NCBI GenBank assembly: GCA_003427395.1
Contig: BFEA01000028.1
Coordinates: 527,484 to 572,847, forward strand
Reading direction: 5' to 3'
Length of the DNA: 45,364 nucleotides
Origin: Chara braunii
Taxonomy: Eukaryota; Plantae; Charophyceae
Each line of letters starts with the position of its first letter. Positions within the stretch are counted from its first letter, which is position 1. The translations under genes were made by a program, and so were the position numbers. Shown in pieces: positions 1-10,753 of the stretch. Under the pieces are notes generated by a model, which was given only the letters and a program-made list of their open reading frames with translations, did no database searches and was not told the origin of the DNA.

Positions 1-78
1 TTTTTTTTTTTTTTTTTTTTTTTTTTGGTTTTTTAAAGTTGATGGTCGTGGAACGAGCGTCCTACTAAATGCTTGCAG

Positions 79-315
79 CCAGAGGCTGCGCTTACCTGGG
101 TTGTAAGGGTCAGTTTTCGTTTTCGGGAAATATCATGGTGGGTTGACCTACTCAATCTCATTTATGTGCCTTGTGAGTTGAATGGTCTTCCCTCGAGCAT
201 AACGCACCTTGATATCGATTCCAATAATGAATGGATACAAGTTATGTTTCAGTTCACATGCATCGAAAATGAGGGTGCAGTCGACGAACGATTCAAGTAT
301 GGGTTGAGGTTGTGA
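79..315 (+). CDS. Possible terminal exon of an unidentified gene or TE ORF
   Basis: A branch-like tactaaa and acceptor ttgcag end at 78, followed by an open frame of globular-looking composition to TGA. No family recognised. Confidence 0.2.
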   Translation, partial: PEAALTWVVRVSFRFREISWWVDLLNLIYVPCELNGLPSSITHLDIDSNNEWIQVMFQFTCIENEGAVDERFKYGLRL

Positions 316-2263
316 GGTAACCGGTCTTAGGCAAGGACCGGTTTCTGCTTGGCATGGAGGTTTGTGCTCTTTGCATGGAGGTTCTGTGCTCCGTAACTAT
401 GCTTGCTTTTCTTTGCTATTTGGAGACATGTTCTGGAGGAATGGATTTGATAGGCAGGTGTATAGCGGTTTTTGTGGTGGCCGCCAGACAAGTTTCCTTT
501 CTCCCCCCCCCTGCCCTCTCTCCTATTTGCCCCTCCTCCCCCGTCAGCCAAACCCCATTCAGTCATGTGGGATGTTTTGAGTAAAGCGTAACAGTCACCA
601 AACACAGGGAAGACACAGGGTTAAATGAATGGTCTGCCTATGCCGCAGGGCCAGGGAGAAATGAAGAACTTAAAGGCCTAAGGATAATGGTCAGCAAGCA
701 GGCAGCAGGACCAACAAAATACAACATACGAAGGAAGAAGGATAGGGGAAAGGGAACAACGGACTAATAGATATCAAACAGAGGAGGTTATGGGACCAAA
801 GGGGTTCATGGCGTAGACGGTTTATCAGATAAGAGGGCGTCACACAAACCATTCATTGGAAATAACTGATTGTTGAAGCTTAAAACTCAAAAGTTCTAAG
901 TACTATGGGGTATTTCCCAGCGAACAATGTAATAGAAGGCTCGCAACTGTGTCTCTCACTATTTCATGCTCTATAAAATGTATGATGGGACGTTGGACCC
1001 GCTTTCCTCGCAGGCCATGCCGATTTCTTTTTTTTTTCTTAAAAAAAAAAAACTCGTTTTCTTCTTCATAGCATATTTCACAATTCAATGTTGGTTTGCC
1101 ATTCCTTGGGCTCATTTTTTTTCCTCTTTTTTTCCTTGTTCGTTTTGTTCTTGTTCTTTGGAGGTGTTCTGAAGCAATGGATTCTGGACTGGATTCGAAC
1201 TTTGGTCTGTAACCAAAGATCGTACCTCAGCACGTATAGCAATATGAAATGTTGAAATACTGACCCATGTTCAAATGTAGATAATGCAAAAACTCATGAC
1301 TGGCCTGCTATAAAACAACACATTACAACACTCAAGACTTCGTACCTGATCCCACAGTTATAAGTAGCAAAGCTTTTTGGAAAAAAAAGGGATCCCATAT
1401 GGTTTTCCCAACTTCCCCGTCCGACGGCAATGCAACAAAAAATGGTTGTTTCTACTCACGAAAATTTGTGTGTCGCCATGGTTTTGACCCGCGGCGCGAA
1501 GTTGGTAGGAAATGGTAGGGAGCCCGTGACCCCCTACCCTTCCCCCAAAAAGTAGGCAAGTTTTCGAGGCTTGTTTTTTTTACGAAATGGCCAGAAGCGC
1601 CAATCGAAAAAGGGTATCTCCGCTGAACCCGTTCGCGGTCATCGAAATTCGGCGACGCAATCGGGAAAGCGCCAAGAAGTCTGGGCCTATGGGATCCCAC
1701 TTTTTCCCTACGAAATGTTCGGCACTTCTCCTACTTTCAAGGGACTTTTACGACTTTTTCGTAAAAGTTCATAGTGGGATCAGCCTCTTCGTCCCCGCTA
1801 CAACCCCTCTGCCCTGGTTGCGCCCCTGCGGGCGGTTACAGTAGACCTGAGGTAGGATAGTGGGAGCAGGGGTAACGCGGGCGAGAAATGATAAGAGGAA
1901 CGGGGGGTGGGGGGTCTCATAAGGGGAGAACCCTAAAAAGAAAAGAAACGAAAAGAAAAAAAGAGAGAATGTTGTGAAGTGGAGCGACGCCTAGTGTCGC
2001 GCTATTTCGTGCTCAGACCAATTCCAGAAAGTCCTACCAACAGTATGAAGCGGTGCGTGCTCCACTAGAACTGTTGTGTGGAATGTGGTGCAGCGAGGCC
2101 CAATATGTGGAAGGCCACCCACAGCGCTTGGACAGGGATGCACCGGGAGTTGTTCATGGTACGAATGTATTCACAATCTTCCATCCGCTGGGTGTTGGTG
2201 AGCGGACCAGTCCAGGTACATGTAGAATGTTTGACTACCGCTATGGTAAGCCCAGAATCTCGC

Positions 2264-5200
2264 TTTTTTTTTTTTTTTTTTTTTTACATAACACAGAATA
2301 TCTCCCATTCCAGCCAGAATCACCTATCATCGTTGCCAGTCCCTCTCAGCTAAGAGTTGCCAGCTATGAAAAATCAAGTACTAGGACTAGAATGATGATC
2401 CCATAACTGTTCAACATATGTTAACCTGTACTCCATGTCTATCCCTGCCCATTTGAAAGGGCGGGACCATTTCCGTTCAAACTTGTCCTTAGCTATCTCC
2501 GACTTGCGAACTGACGTTTGAACTTGAACCAATCTGCAGTGATTTTTGTTCTTATGAAGTGCCTGAAGCTAGATACCAGAGATGAAAGAGGTGTGCTGAG
2601 CTTGAGGAATCTTTTGTTTCTCCTTGCTACCCATAGGGACCATAAAACTCTTCTTCCAAGTACCTGAGCCACTATATCCGCCTGATGGCCTCGGAAAGAG
2701 GCAGAAGTCCTGCCTGTAAAAACAAAGTCCTGATTCCAGAAATTTGTCACCCCGTACGCTTCTTTCCAGAGGGAGTTGAGAGATTCCCAAAAACCTCTAG
2801 CAATGATACATTCCCACCAGAGATGCAAAGAGTCTTCCAAGGACGGGTGGGAGCAGACGTAACAAGTTGTTGATACCTCCATACCTTTCTCTGAGCACCA
2901 GAGGGCTGTGGGAACGCACGAATGAAGATGTAGTCATTGAAGACCCCCGGCTTTAGTTTCTAGGGAAGAAAGAAGGAGTTGGATAAAGAAGGTTACCCAG
3001 TTAGAGGAAATTGGATTGAGTTTGAGAGATGTTGCCCTATGGTGCCAGCTCATCGTTAAGCCAGACTGAATAGAGAAGGTATCAGATTGAAGATTATAAC
3101 CTATTTTAGAAGTGTAGTTATGCAAGGGAACATTGTTAACTACCTTGCCTGGAACGGAGATTTTCCAACCAGTCTTGCTCGTATCTGGTTTCCAGTTCTG
3201 GGAGACAGGTGGTTGGGGTGATATTGTAACAGGACCATCCGGTGATTTATGTACTGATATCTCCTGCAGACCTTCTAAGCATGTGGGTACGGGGGGGTGA
3301 ATCTGTTGAAGATCTGAGTCACTCGCCTCCCATTCCGAGGCCAGCGTCGAGCCATCTGGTCGAACTTCATCCACTCTGTGTAGACGGTTTGGATTATTTA
3401 CTGATTGAAACCACTGCTGTTCACTATACCTCTTCGAGTTGTTGGAGATTATGTCAGTCCACCTTGCCGGGATAGCCGCAATGAGTTCTGCCAAGTGGGT
3501 TTCCACCTGATGCAAGCCGGTTAGCTGATGTCTGATTTGTGAAGCGTTCTTCCATGTTCTCTTGTCAGAGTCTCAGATCTGACTAATGCGCCATATACCT
3601 TGTTGCATCCATTTCCTGCCGAAGTTACCCTTGCCTTTCGCCACAGAGAACGAGAGACCTGCCTGGGTACATATGGAGGTGTTTTCGAAGAGGCATGAGT
3701 TCAGAATCTCTTCGGGGGTGGAGGGTTCTTCTAAGCGTTGGGGGATTATCTTTCCCCACGCTATGAGAATCCCCTCCCATGTCCTAGTCGAGGGACGGGT
3801 TGTGAAGGGCTTCATTAGCAGGGCGTCTCAGACCGCTTCGGGGTCTGACAACTCCCATTGGTGTGCCAAGGAGAATTGAGCTAATAATATCCATGGTTGG
3901 TTTTCTTTTGAGGTAAGGGCTCTAACTGGCCATTTTGCCAGCAGTGCCCTATTCTGAGATTCTGGGTCCAGGATCCCCAGGCCACCTACCTTCTTTTTTT
4001 CTGATATTTTTTGCCAACTGATTTTGGATAGGACTGATTGAACTTCCGAATCTCCCTTCCATGTGAAACGAGTGAGAAGGCGTCTGATATTGGAGGCGGA
4101 GTTTGGGGGGAGTGCACAGATAGATAGAATATACCATAATTTGGAAGAAATAAATGCATTTATAACCATTGCTCTACCAAAAATCGACAGGCAACGTGAT
4201 TTGGACCAGCTGGCACATGTATCTCTTGTTCTATTTTCCATTATAGAGCTTTGGATGGCCGTTGAATCCCCGAAAGAGACTTGGATACCCAAGTACCTTT
4301 CTACTGCTGCTCGGGGTTTTACCGTAATGCCCAGATCTTGAGCTAATGGTTCATCATTAGGTATAAGAGCCACGGATTTTTGCCAACTGACCCTCATCTC
4401 GGAGGCCAGTTCATATGTGGAGATACATTGTTCTAAGGCTGACAGAGAAGAGACTGAATTCTCTGAGATAGCGGAGAAATCGTCCGCTAGAGCTGAAACT
4501 TTAATAGAATGGTAAGGGGAGATTTGCAAACCTTCGTAATCCGGATGCTGTCTTACAATGTTCAGAAAAACTTCAAGTTGGATGACAAACAGCGAAGGGC
4601 CAAGGGACAGCCTTGACGTAGGGACATCGTGACCTTAAATGGAGTTGAGGGGAAGCCATTCACCAATACCCTACCTGACGAAGCACCATACAGGGCTTTC
4701 ACGAAGGATCTATATTTGGGGCCAACCCCGATTCTTTCTATAACTGCTTGGACGAAGTCCCAGTTGACTCGATCGTAAGCTTTCTGAAAGTCAATCAGGA
4801 TGACTGCTTTGTTGAGTTTATGTTGATTGATCAAGTCTATTGATTGTGATATGGTCATGACATTATCTAGAACTTGTCTGCCCGGTATAAAGCCAGATTG
4901 GTCTGGTTGTACCAATTTGTGGAGCAAGGGTTTTATACGGAGTGCTAGGGTTTTAGCTAAAATTTTACCGTGGACGTTAAGTAGAGAGTTGGATCCACTC
5001 ACACCGCAAGGCTAAAGAGTTGGATCCACTCACACCGCATCTCCATCATGCTTCTGCAAGAAACTAAGCTATGTGAAGATAAGTTATCTTCCATGCCGGC
5101 GTGGTGGAGGGGCCCTCAAATCTGGGCCCCAGCACAAGAGACGAGAGGGGGCACTGGCATCCTAGTGCACAAAAAATTAGCAGATTTCATTAAGGATTCA

Positions 5201-6555
5201 GGGACAGACCCGGCAAGTCATTGGTGTTGGGTTAAAATGGAACTGCATGGTCAATGTTGGACCTTTTTTTCAATTTACGTCCCGGCCGAGCACAGTGGGA
5301 AAACGGAATTCCTCAACTCATTAAGTCGCATCATTCCTACATCTGAGTACATCGTGGTGGGAGGGGACTGGAACACAGTCCCCAACCCGGAGATAGACTC
5401 TACCACTCCGCTTTCCCATCCAAGGGAATCTGCAGCACTCAATGATCTGATGATGGATCTATGCCTCGACCTCTTCCGGCTGTTGCACCCTGAGGAGTTC
5501 TCCTACACATGGACGTCCAACACGATTTCAGAAAACAAACTACACACCATGCGCAGATTAGACCTGTTCCTCACTAATGAGCCCGCTCTACAAATGGTAA
5601 ATAAAGCAGAAATAACCACAGACCCCCTCTCAGACCACAAGCCTGTCTCAATTTCTATGAATTTGGGTCTCAATATTACTAGAGGGAAGGGACTCTTCAG
5701 ACTCAGTCATCACGTTTCGGAAGACCCAGGAATTGTGGACTGGGTCTGGAAATCATGGGAAGAATGGAGAAATAACACAAACTTGTTCCCAGATGAGGGA
5801 GTTTGGTTGGACAAAGGGCTGACGCTCATCTCTAACCAACTTAACCTCATTTCACGAATAAAGGCGGTTAACCGTAAATACAAGGAAATCCTCTTGAAAA
5901 GAAAAATTGAGAACCTAGAAAAGAAAAACGTTGATTCACCCTTCGCTCAGATGGTCACACAAAGGAGAATAGCTAGATTAAGACAAGAATGGCAAAACCT
6001 GCAAATCCAATATCACAATCTGTGGGAGCAGCGTAAGCTAATAGATAGAACACTATACTCAGATAAACTGAACGCCAATACCTCATCCATTAACCCCGCT
6101 CCCAGCACTAGTAATATGACTACCATTCTCAACCACCCGGAGGACCTGTCCCTCCCAGCAGCTAAGGACTCAAGCACCATATGCGAATATGTTAGACTGT
6201 TTTACCAACATTTACTTACTACTGAGAAGCCTCCTAACTCCCCCATAATACCGCCCCACCTGGAAAACTTCATATGGAAATCTACCTCTAAGATATTATC
6301 TGAACATCAGGCCTCATCTCTTGAAGCCCCAATCACGCTCTCGGAAATTACCAAAGCACTGAACAGCATGGCAAAGGGTAAGTGTCCAGGCCCTGATGGT
6401 TTACCGGTGGAATTTTACCTCAGGTTCTGGACACTCCTCGCTCCGGACATCCTTAGAGTCTTCAACCATATCCTCAAAGAAAGCCCCCTCGGCCCCCATA
6501 CTGCTGAGGGGATTATCACCCTCCTCTACAAGAAGGGGGACAGATCAGATGTGAG
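2264..6555 (-). mobile_element. L1/Tx1-clade LINE, 5'-truncated and 5'-inverted (twin-priming structure)
   Basis: Poly(T) at 2264-2285 is the poly(A) tail on the minus strand. RT and C-terminal ORF2 lie on minus (2493-4988), while the APE endonuclease and RT start lie on plus (5009-6559). An identical 10-bp TSD, gaatctcgct, occurs at 2255-2264 and 6556-6565. Confidence 0.95.
2493..4988 (-). pseudogene. LINE ORF2 reverse transcriptase plus C-terminal Cys/His (zf-RVT-like) region, disrupted
   Basis: Motifs include SLLNVHGKILAK, QSGFIPGR, IDFQKAYDRVNW, LRQGCPLA, ALADDF, RYLGI, GGLGI and CYVC..EDSLHLWWEC. There is one frameshift (~4590) and three in-frame TGA stops (3828, 3573, 2934). Confidence 0.95.
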
Positions 6556-6580
6556 GAATCTCGCTATTTCCGTGGTGTGA
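5009..6580 (+). pseudogene. Inverted N-terminal part of LINE ORF2: APE-type endonuclease, linker and RT start; open frame of 510 aa from ATG 5048
   Basis: Motifs include LQET, SIYVP, VGGDWN, YTW, RRLD, SDHKPV, GKCPGPDGLPVEFY and LLYKKGDRSDVRN. The extreme N-terminal WNVxG motif is missing, and the frame runs into the TSD and flank. Confidence 0.93.
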
Positions 6581-8664
6581 TACACTCCAGATAGCCCAGC
6601 GGTGGGGGATGCAGTCCCACTAGCAAAGAGGTTTGGATTACGGGCCTGAATCTGGATGTGTTTCACGCGAAGATGCAGAAAGACAAGTCAATCGTGATTT
6701 TCTGTACCATTCCACAAACACGTCCTCATGCAGGTTTTGAATTGAATCCAACCCTCATTGTTCATGGGAATGTGCCACCCACATTCTTTTTGGCCTTCCT
6801 CGTTTTAGAAAGTGTCGCACATGGGAATGGTCCTGCCTGGAGGGACAAGTCTCCGGAACCGGTAATGCGAGTGGGACAAGTGTAGCCTGCCTTTCTCAGA
6901 CAAGTACACAAGGCGTCGCCACACCACTCTCTAGATGTGAAAACGACAAAAATGTGGCGGGTGCATCTGGCCATGTTCTAGCGGGAACTTCATTCTCATT
7001 TCGCACATTTCGAGTGTGGTGTGGCGATGCCCACACATAGGGCTCAGAGAGCTGTCGTATGTCCGCTCTGGCGCCTCTCCTTTCCCGCGCGTGCGAGCTG
7101 TCGAAGACACTCAGGCGCCTTTTTCGCGCGCCTTTTTCGGCGAGATTCAGGTATGCTACAGGTACTAGCCTTTCGGTCGCTCGAGACTTCGGAGTATCGT
7201 CGCGACCAGCAGCAGAGTATCGTGTTCTAGAGGGAACTCCATTCTCATTTCGAAAAAAAAAAAAAAAAAAAAGGCAAAAAAAAAGGCAAAAAAAAAAGCA
7301 GAGTATCATGTCTCTCCTGATACGGACGGTTCCGGTTCTTGGGTTTGTGGCGTCCTGAACTCCTTAGGTGCTCAGAACTGTGGCGAGCGCTGTTCGTGCA
7401 AGTCTCACAGTCGATCGCACACGCTGTGCGGCGGCCGGAAAGCAGGCGGCGGGTCGAGCGCGGCGATTTGTTGTGGTTCGGCGAGACGGGTGGGGTCGGC
7501 AGCAGGAAGGTGGTGGCATGAAGCTGGCTATGGTGGAGCGGATGATGACAACAGGCAAAGTAAAAGATTGCGGCATGGCGGAAGGAAGTGACCCGATGAT
7601 CACGGTGCTGGGAGACCCGTCGACTCTCTCTTTCAAGATCGACGAACTAAGGGGTAATGTGGGCAGAGTCCTTCAGGTGGCGTGCAACTCAGTCCGGTCA
7701 TCCATGCGTTGAGTCAATTTCATCTCTTTTTGCTTGGGCTATCGATCGTTCTACTGAATTGTCTGTATAATCCTCGTCCATCCCATTCACCATTCATCGC
7801 GTTAGGAACTGGTGAAGGAGAGTCCTGTCCTCCGTAGACACAATTGCTGTGTTCCTTTGTCTCTTCTCAGGTAGAAGTAGTCCTCAGTTTTCTGTTTCCC
7901 TTTTTTTTTTCTTTTCTTTTTCCAGCACAGAACTAGCGAATACTACTTCTAGATCGAGGAGCACCGCTCTGCGCCGCTTTACGGTAGTTCCCCTGATAGG
8001 TTTCTCCGTCGTCTTTCTCTGCGGCACGAGCCCGTCTGCGATCGATTCGTTCACTGAGTTCAATTTCTTTCCTCTGGGAGCTTGCTTGGAGATTTTACGG
8101 CGTTTTTTTTTTTCCTTCTTCTTTTCTCCTCCCAGTCGCTCTAGGAGATCGATCGAAGCCCCTTGGTGCACGATTTGGCAGCAGCAGCAGCAGCAGCAGT
8201 GGTTTTCCTTCATGGTGTGCTGCTGGCGTGTTGCAGCCGTAATCAGTATTCAAGCGTATTTTAAGCAGCAAACAGCAGCAGCAGCAGCGGCGACTGCATG
8301 CCGTAATCCACCGACAGGCAAGTGGTCGTGTGTGGTATATCGCTTCCGGTGTGGCTGTCCCCTTTGCGCGTCGTTCGCGCGTTTGGTTCCTCCCTCTGCC
8401 TCGACGTGTCGGTGCTTCGTCACCAGAAATCCGACACAGAAAGACAGGGATTTTTCGACGTCGGGCGTTGACACCGCTGAAGAAAGAGACGGAGGAAGAA
8501 GGGGGGAGGGGGAGGAAAGGCGGAGCAGACGGGCGCAGAGACAGGTTAAGCCAATAGATCGTGTAGAGGTTGAAAAGTGAGGTAGAATACAGTAGAGCAG
8601 ATATTAGACAGACAGGTAATTTGAAGTGGGTATTTCTGTTATCTGTCCATTTAGCTCTGGGGAT

Positions 8665-9864
8665 ATGGAACAATATCCAGCGCAGACACCGAGGAGTTTT
8701 TTGAATCGTTTCTTCGTCGATCCCTTCCGGCGCGATAGAGCCGTTTCGGAGGCGGGCAGTGGTTTCGGTGACAATCCTGGGTACGACATGGGTTGGCCAT
8801 CCGCAGCAGGAAGCTCAGTCAACGCTTTCCCACCCTGTACTAGGCCCTCAGGCCCACGGACACGGATTGTGGGGTTACCTCTGCTGGACGTTATGAACAG
8901 CTTATGGGAGGGGCAGGCTCGATCGGCGTTATCTACAGTGGATGTGAAGGAGACCGCGAAGACCTACGTGTTCCAAGCTGACGCCCCCGGGTTTGAGCAG
9001 GAAGACCTAAAGGTGCAGGTGGACGATGTTGGCCCTGGCAATGATCACTTTCTGGTCATTAGTGGGACGAAGCAGATGCAGTCGATCGCAGAAGAGGATG
9101 GCTTGCCCGCGTCGTCGAGATCGATCGGCGGCACGTTCATCCGGCGGTTTCGATTGCCCAGCGATGCGGATCCGGACGCAATTACAGCGCACTGTGAAAA
9201 CGGGGATTTGACAGTGGTGGTCCCGAAACACGGAGTCATTCCAGACCCGAGGTTCTCTCTCGAAAACGCGCGGCCATTGCGAGTCGAGGAGATCGAGTCG
9301 GAGGAGGACGAAGAGCTTGAGAGGCAGGAACACAGCGGAGATGGAGAGGGAGCGGAGTTCGCCGCCGACAACATGGATAGTCGGGAGGAGCTTAATGCGG
9401 CACTGGCTGCTCCGACTGCAGCAGCTGCGCTTGTTTCCTCTTCTTCCGCAGGGAATGGGTCCGCAGCCGCTGTGGCCGCTCCTAGTCCAAGTATCGAGTA
9501 CAACAACCCGCTGCAAGACAGCTACACAGGGCGAGAATTGAACCCAGATGTGGCAGAGGTGACGAGTTCGAGGACGGCAGGAACACCTGTACAGGCCGGC
9601 GCCGCTATAACGCCGGCGCCGGAAGGGTCGGTGGCGGTACTGGCCCAGCCGGAGACGCCGCCTCCGCGAATCGTTGAAGTACTCTCCGCCCCACCTCCTG
9701 CAGATGTTCGGGACGTGGAAGTGGTGGGCGACGAATCCGATGTCGATTTCTCCTTCTCAGAACCGAAGGCGCATCATCACAGATCGAGGTGGAGGAGGCT
9801 GCTTCGCAAACTGTCGGCTTCTAGACGTTGGACGAGCTCTGAAAGACAAAGCAAGCGATTTTAG
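8665..9864 (+). CDS. Small heat-shock protein / alpha-crystallin domain (Hsp20 family) protein with long acidic, Ala/Pro-rich C-terminal extension (399 aa from ATG 8665)
   Basis: The uninterrupted ORF carries ACD motifs VDVKETAKTYVFQADAPG, DLKVQV, LVISG, GTFIRRFRLP, ITAHCENGDLTVVVPK and an N-terminal FFVDPF motif. An upstream exon cannot be excluded (candidate acceptor ctcttctcag at 7870). Confidence 0.9.
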   Translation: MEQYPAQTPRSFLNRFFVDPFRRDRAVSEAGSGFGDNPGYDMGWPSAAGSSVNAFPPCTRPSGPRTRIVGLPLLDVMNSLWEGQARSALSTVDVKETAKTYVFQADAPGFEQEDLKVQVDDVGPGNDHFLVISGTKQMQSIAEEDGLPASSRSIGGTFIRRFRLPSDADPDAITAHCENGDLTVVVPKHGVIPDPRFSLENARPLRVEEIESEEDEELERQEHSGDGEGAEFAADNMDSREELNAALAAPTAAAALVSSSSAGNGSAAAVAAPSPSIEYNNPLQDSYTGRELNPDVAEVTSSRTAGTPVQAGAAITPAPEGSVAVLAQPETPPPRIVEVLSAPPPADVRDVEVVGDESDVDFSFSEPKAHHHRSRWRRLLRKLSASRRWTSSERQSKRF

Positions 9865-9870
9865 AGTGCC

Positions 9871-9873
<3 letters not shown>

Positions 9874-9927
<54 letters not shown>

Positions 9928-9961
9928 CTCTCTCTCTCTTTCTCTGTCTCTCTCTCTCTCT
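9874..9961. repeat. (CT)n microsatellite just after the sHSP stop codon
   Basis: Seen directly in the sequence. Confidence 0.98.
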
Positions 9962-10389
9962 GTGCCTTCTGTCTTGTGTTTGTGCTCGGTTTTCTCACCC
10001 TCGGGCGCGTCATTTGCCTTGTGTCTTTTTTTTATGTCAACCGTTTTGTCCGGATTTGATTTCCTGTGTGGGTTCGTTCGCTTCTGTTGCGACTGGTGGT
10101 GGGATATTTTTTCAACTCCATTCACGTCTGAATTATTCATTTACTTGTTTCCTCATTTATTCATGTTTTTACTTATTATTAATTATTTACTTATTTATTT
10201 GTACGAATTCACTTTTTTGTTCCCTCACGATGAAAAATATTCTTTGTCTGCCCTCTTATTATAGATTTGCGGGCGACGATGAGTCTGATCAAGTTTTGAA
10301 TTTATCGGGTCAGAGGGTTTATCTCATATTACTCTAGTCTAGTACTGAAGTTAAAAGTCTTAACTAGGGTAGGTGACTACGTCTGCCTT

Positions 10390-10507
10390 CTCTTTCTTTT
10401 CTGCTCTTTTGTTTTGTTTTCTTTTTCTTTTCTTTTCTTTTCTTTTCTTTTCTTTTCTTTTCTTTCTTTTCTTCTTTTCTTTTCTTTTCTTCTTTTCTTT
10501 TCTTTTC
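10390..10507. repeat. (TTTTC)n tract
   Basis: Seen directly in the sequence. Confidence 0.95.
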
Positions 10508-10753
10508 AGAGCGACTGCGAAATTTGGGTTTATACGCCCCTCTTCCACAGTTGCGTTGTCCAGCGGCCCCTCAAAAGTGAGCCTTCTCAGCTCACTTTAT
10601 GGTCATCAAGTTCTCCATTTGTTTCATTACGGGTTTGCCAGGGGTAGAGATTATGATTATGAGACCCTTAATTTTTTTTGAATCAGCGAGGTGATGAGTA
10701 AGCTAGGAGTCCTGCCGGCCGACTGGATCTTCCTTTCTCTATCGGTGAGTTTC

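Noticed and set aside
1172-1250. tRNA gene or SINE (reverse-strand B-box gttcgaatcc at ~1191-1200; weaker ones near 19170, 19320, 19855)
   Set aside because: No cloverleaf or properly spaced A-box could be built. These are at most decayed SINE relics.
1450-1776. CACTA transposon (tagtg end at 1772-1776, tacgaaa-type subterminal motifs)
   Set aside because: No matching left TIR or 3-bp TSD was found, so it is possibly a fragment only.
4470-4510. Telomerase or Penelope-like RT because of LxDD
   Set aside because: The APE endonuclease, QGCPL motif, poly(A) and TSD identify a conventional LINE.
6900-8664. Heat-shock elements upstream of the sHSP
   Set aside because: By eye I saw only imperfect TTCtaGA half-matches and no in-phase nGAAnnTTCnnGAAn triplet. 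A motif scan would be needed to exclude one.
7849-8673. Overlapping ORFs with poly-Q/poly-A/poly-C stretches upstream of the sHSP
   Set aside because: They are driven by (CAG)n and T runs with no recognisable domain. The region is more likely 5' UTR or promoter.
9850-9864. Peroxisomal PTS1 on the sHSP
   Set aside because: The C-terminal tripeptide is KRF, not an SKL-type signal.
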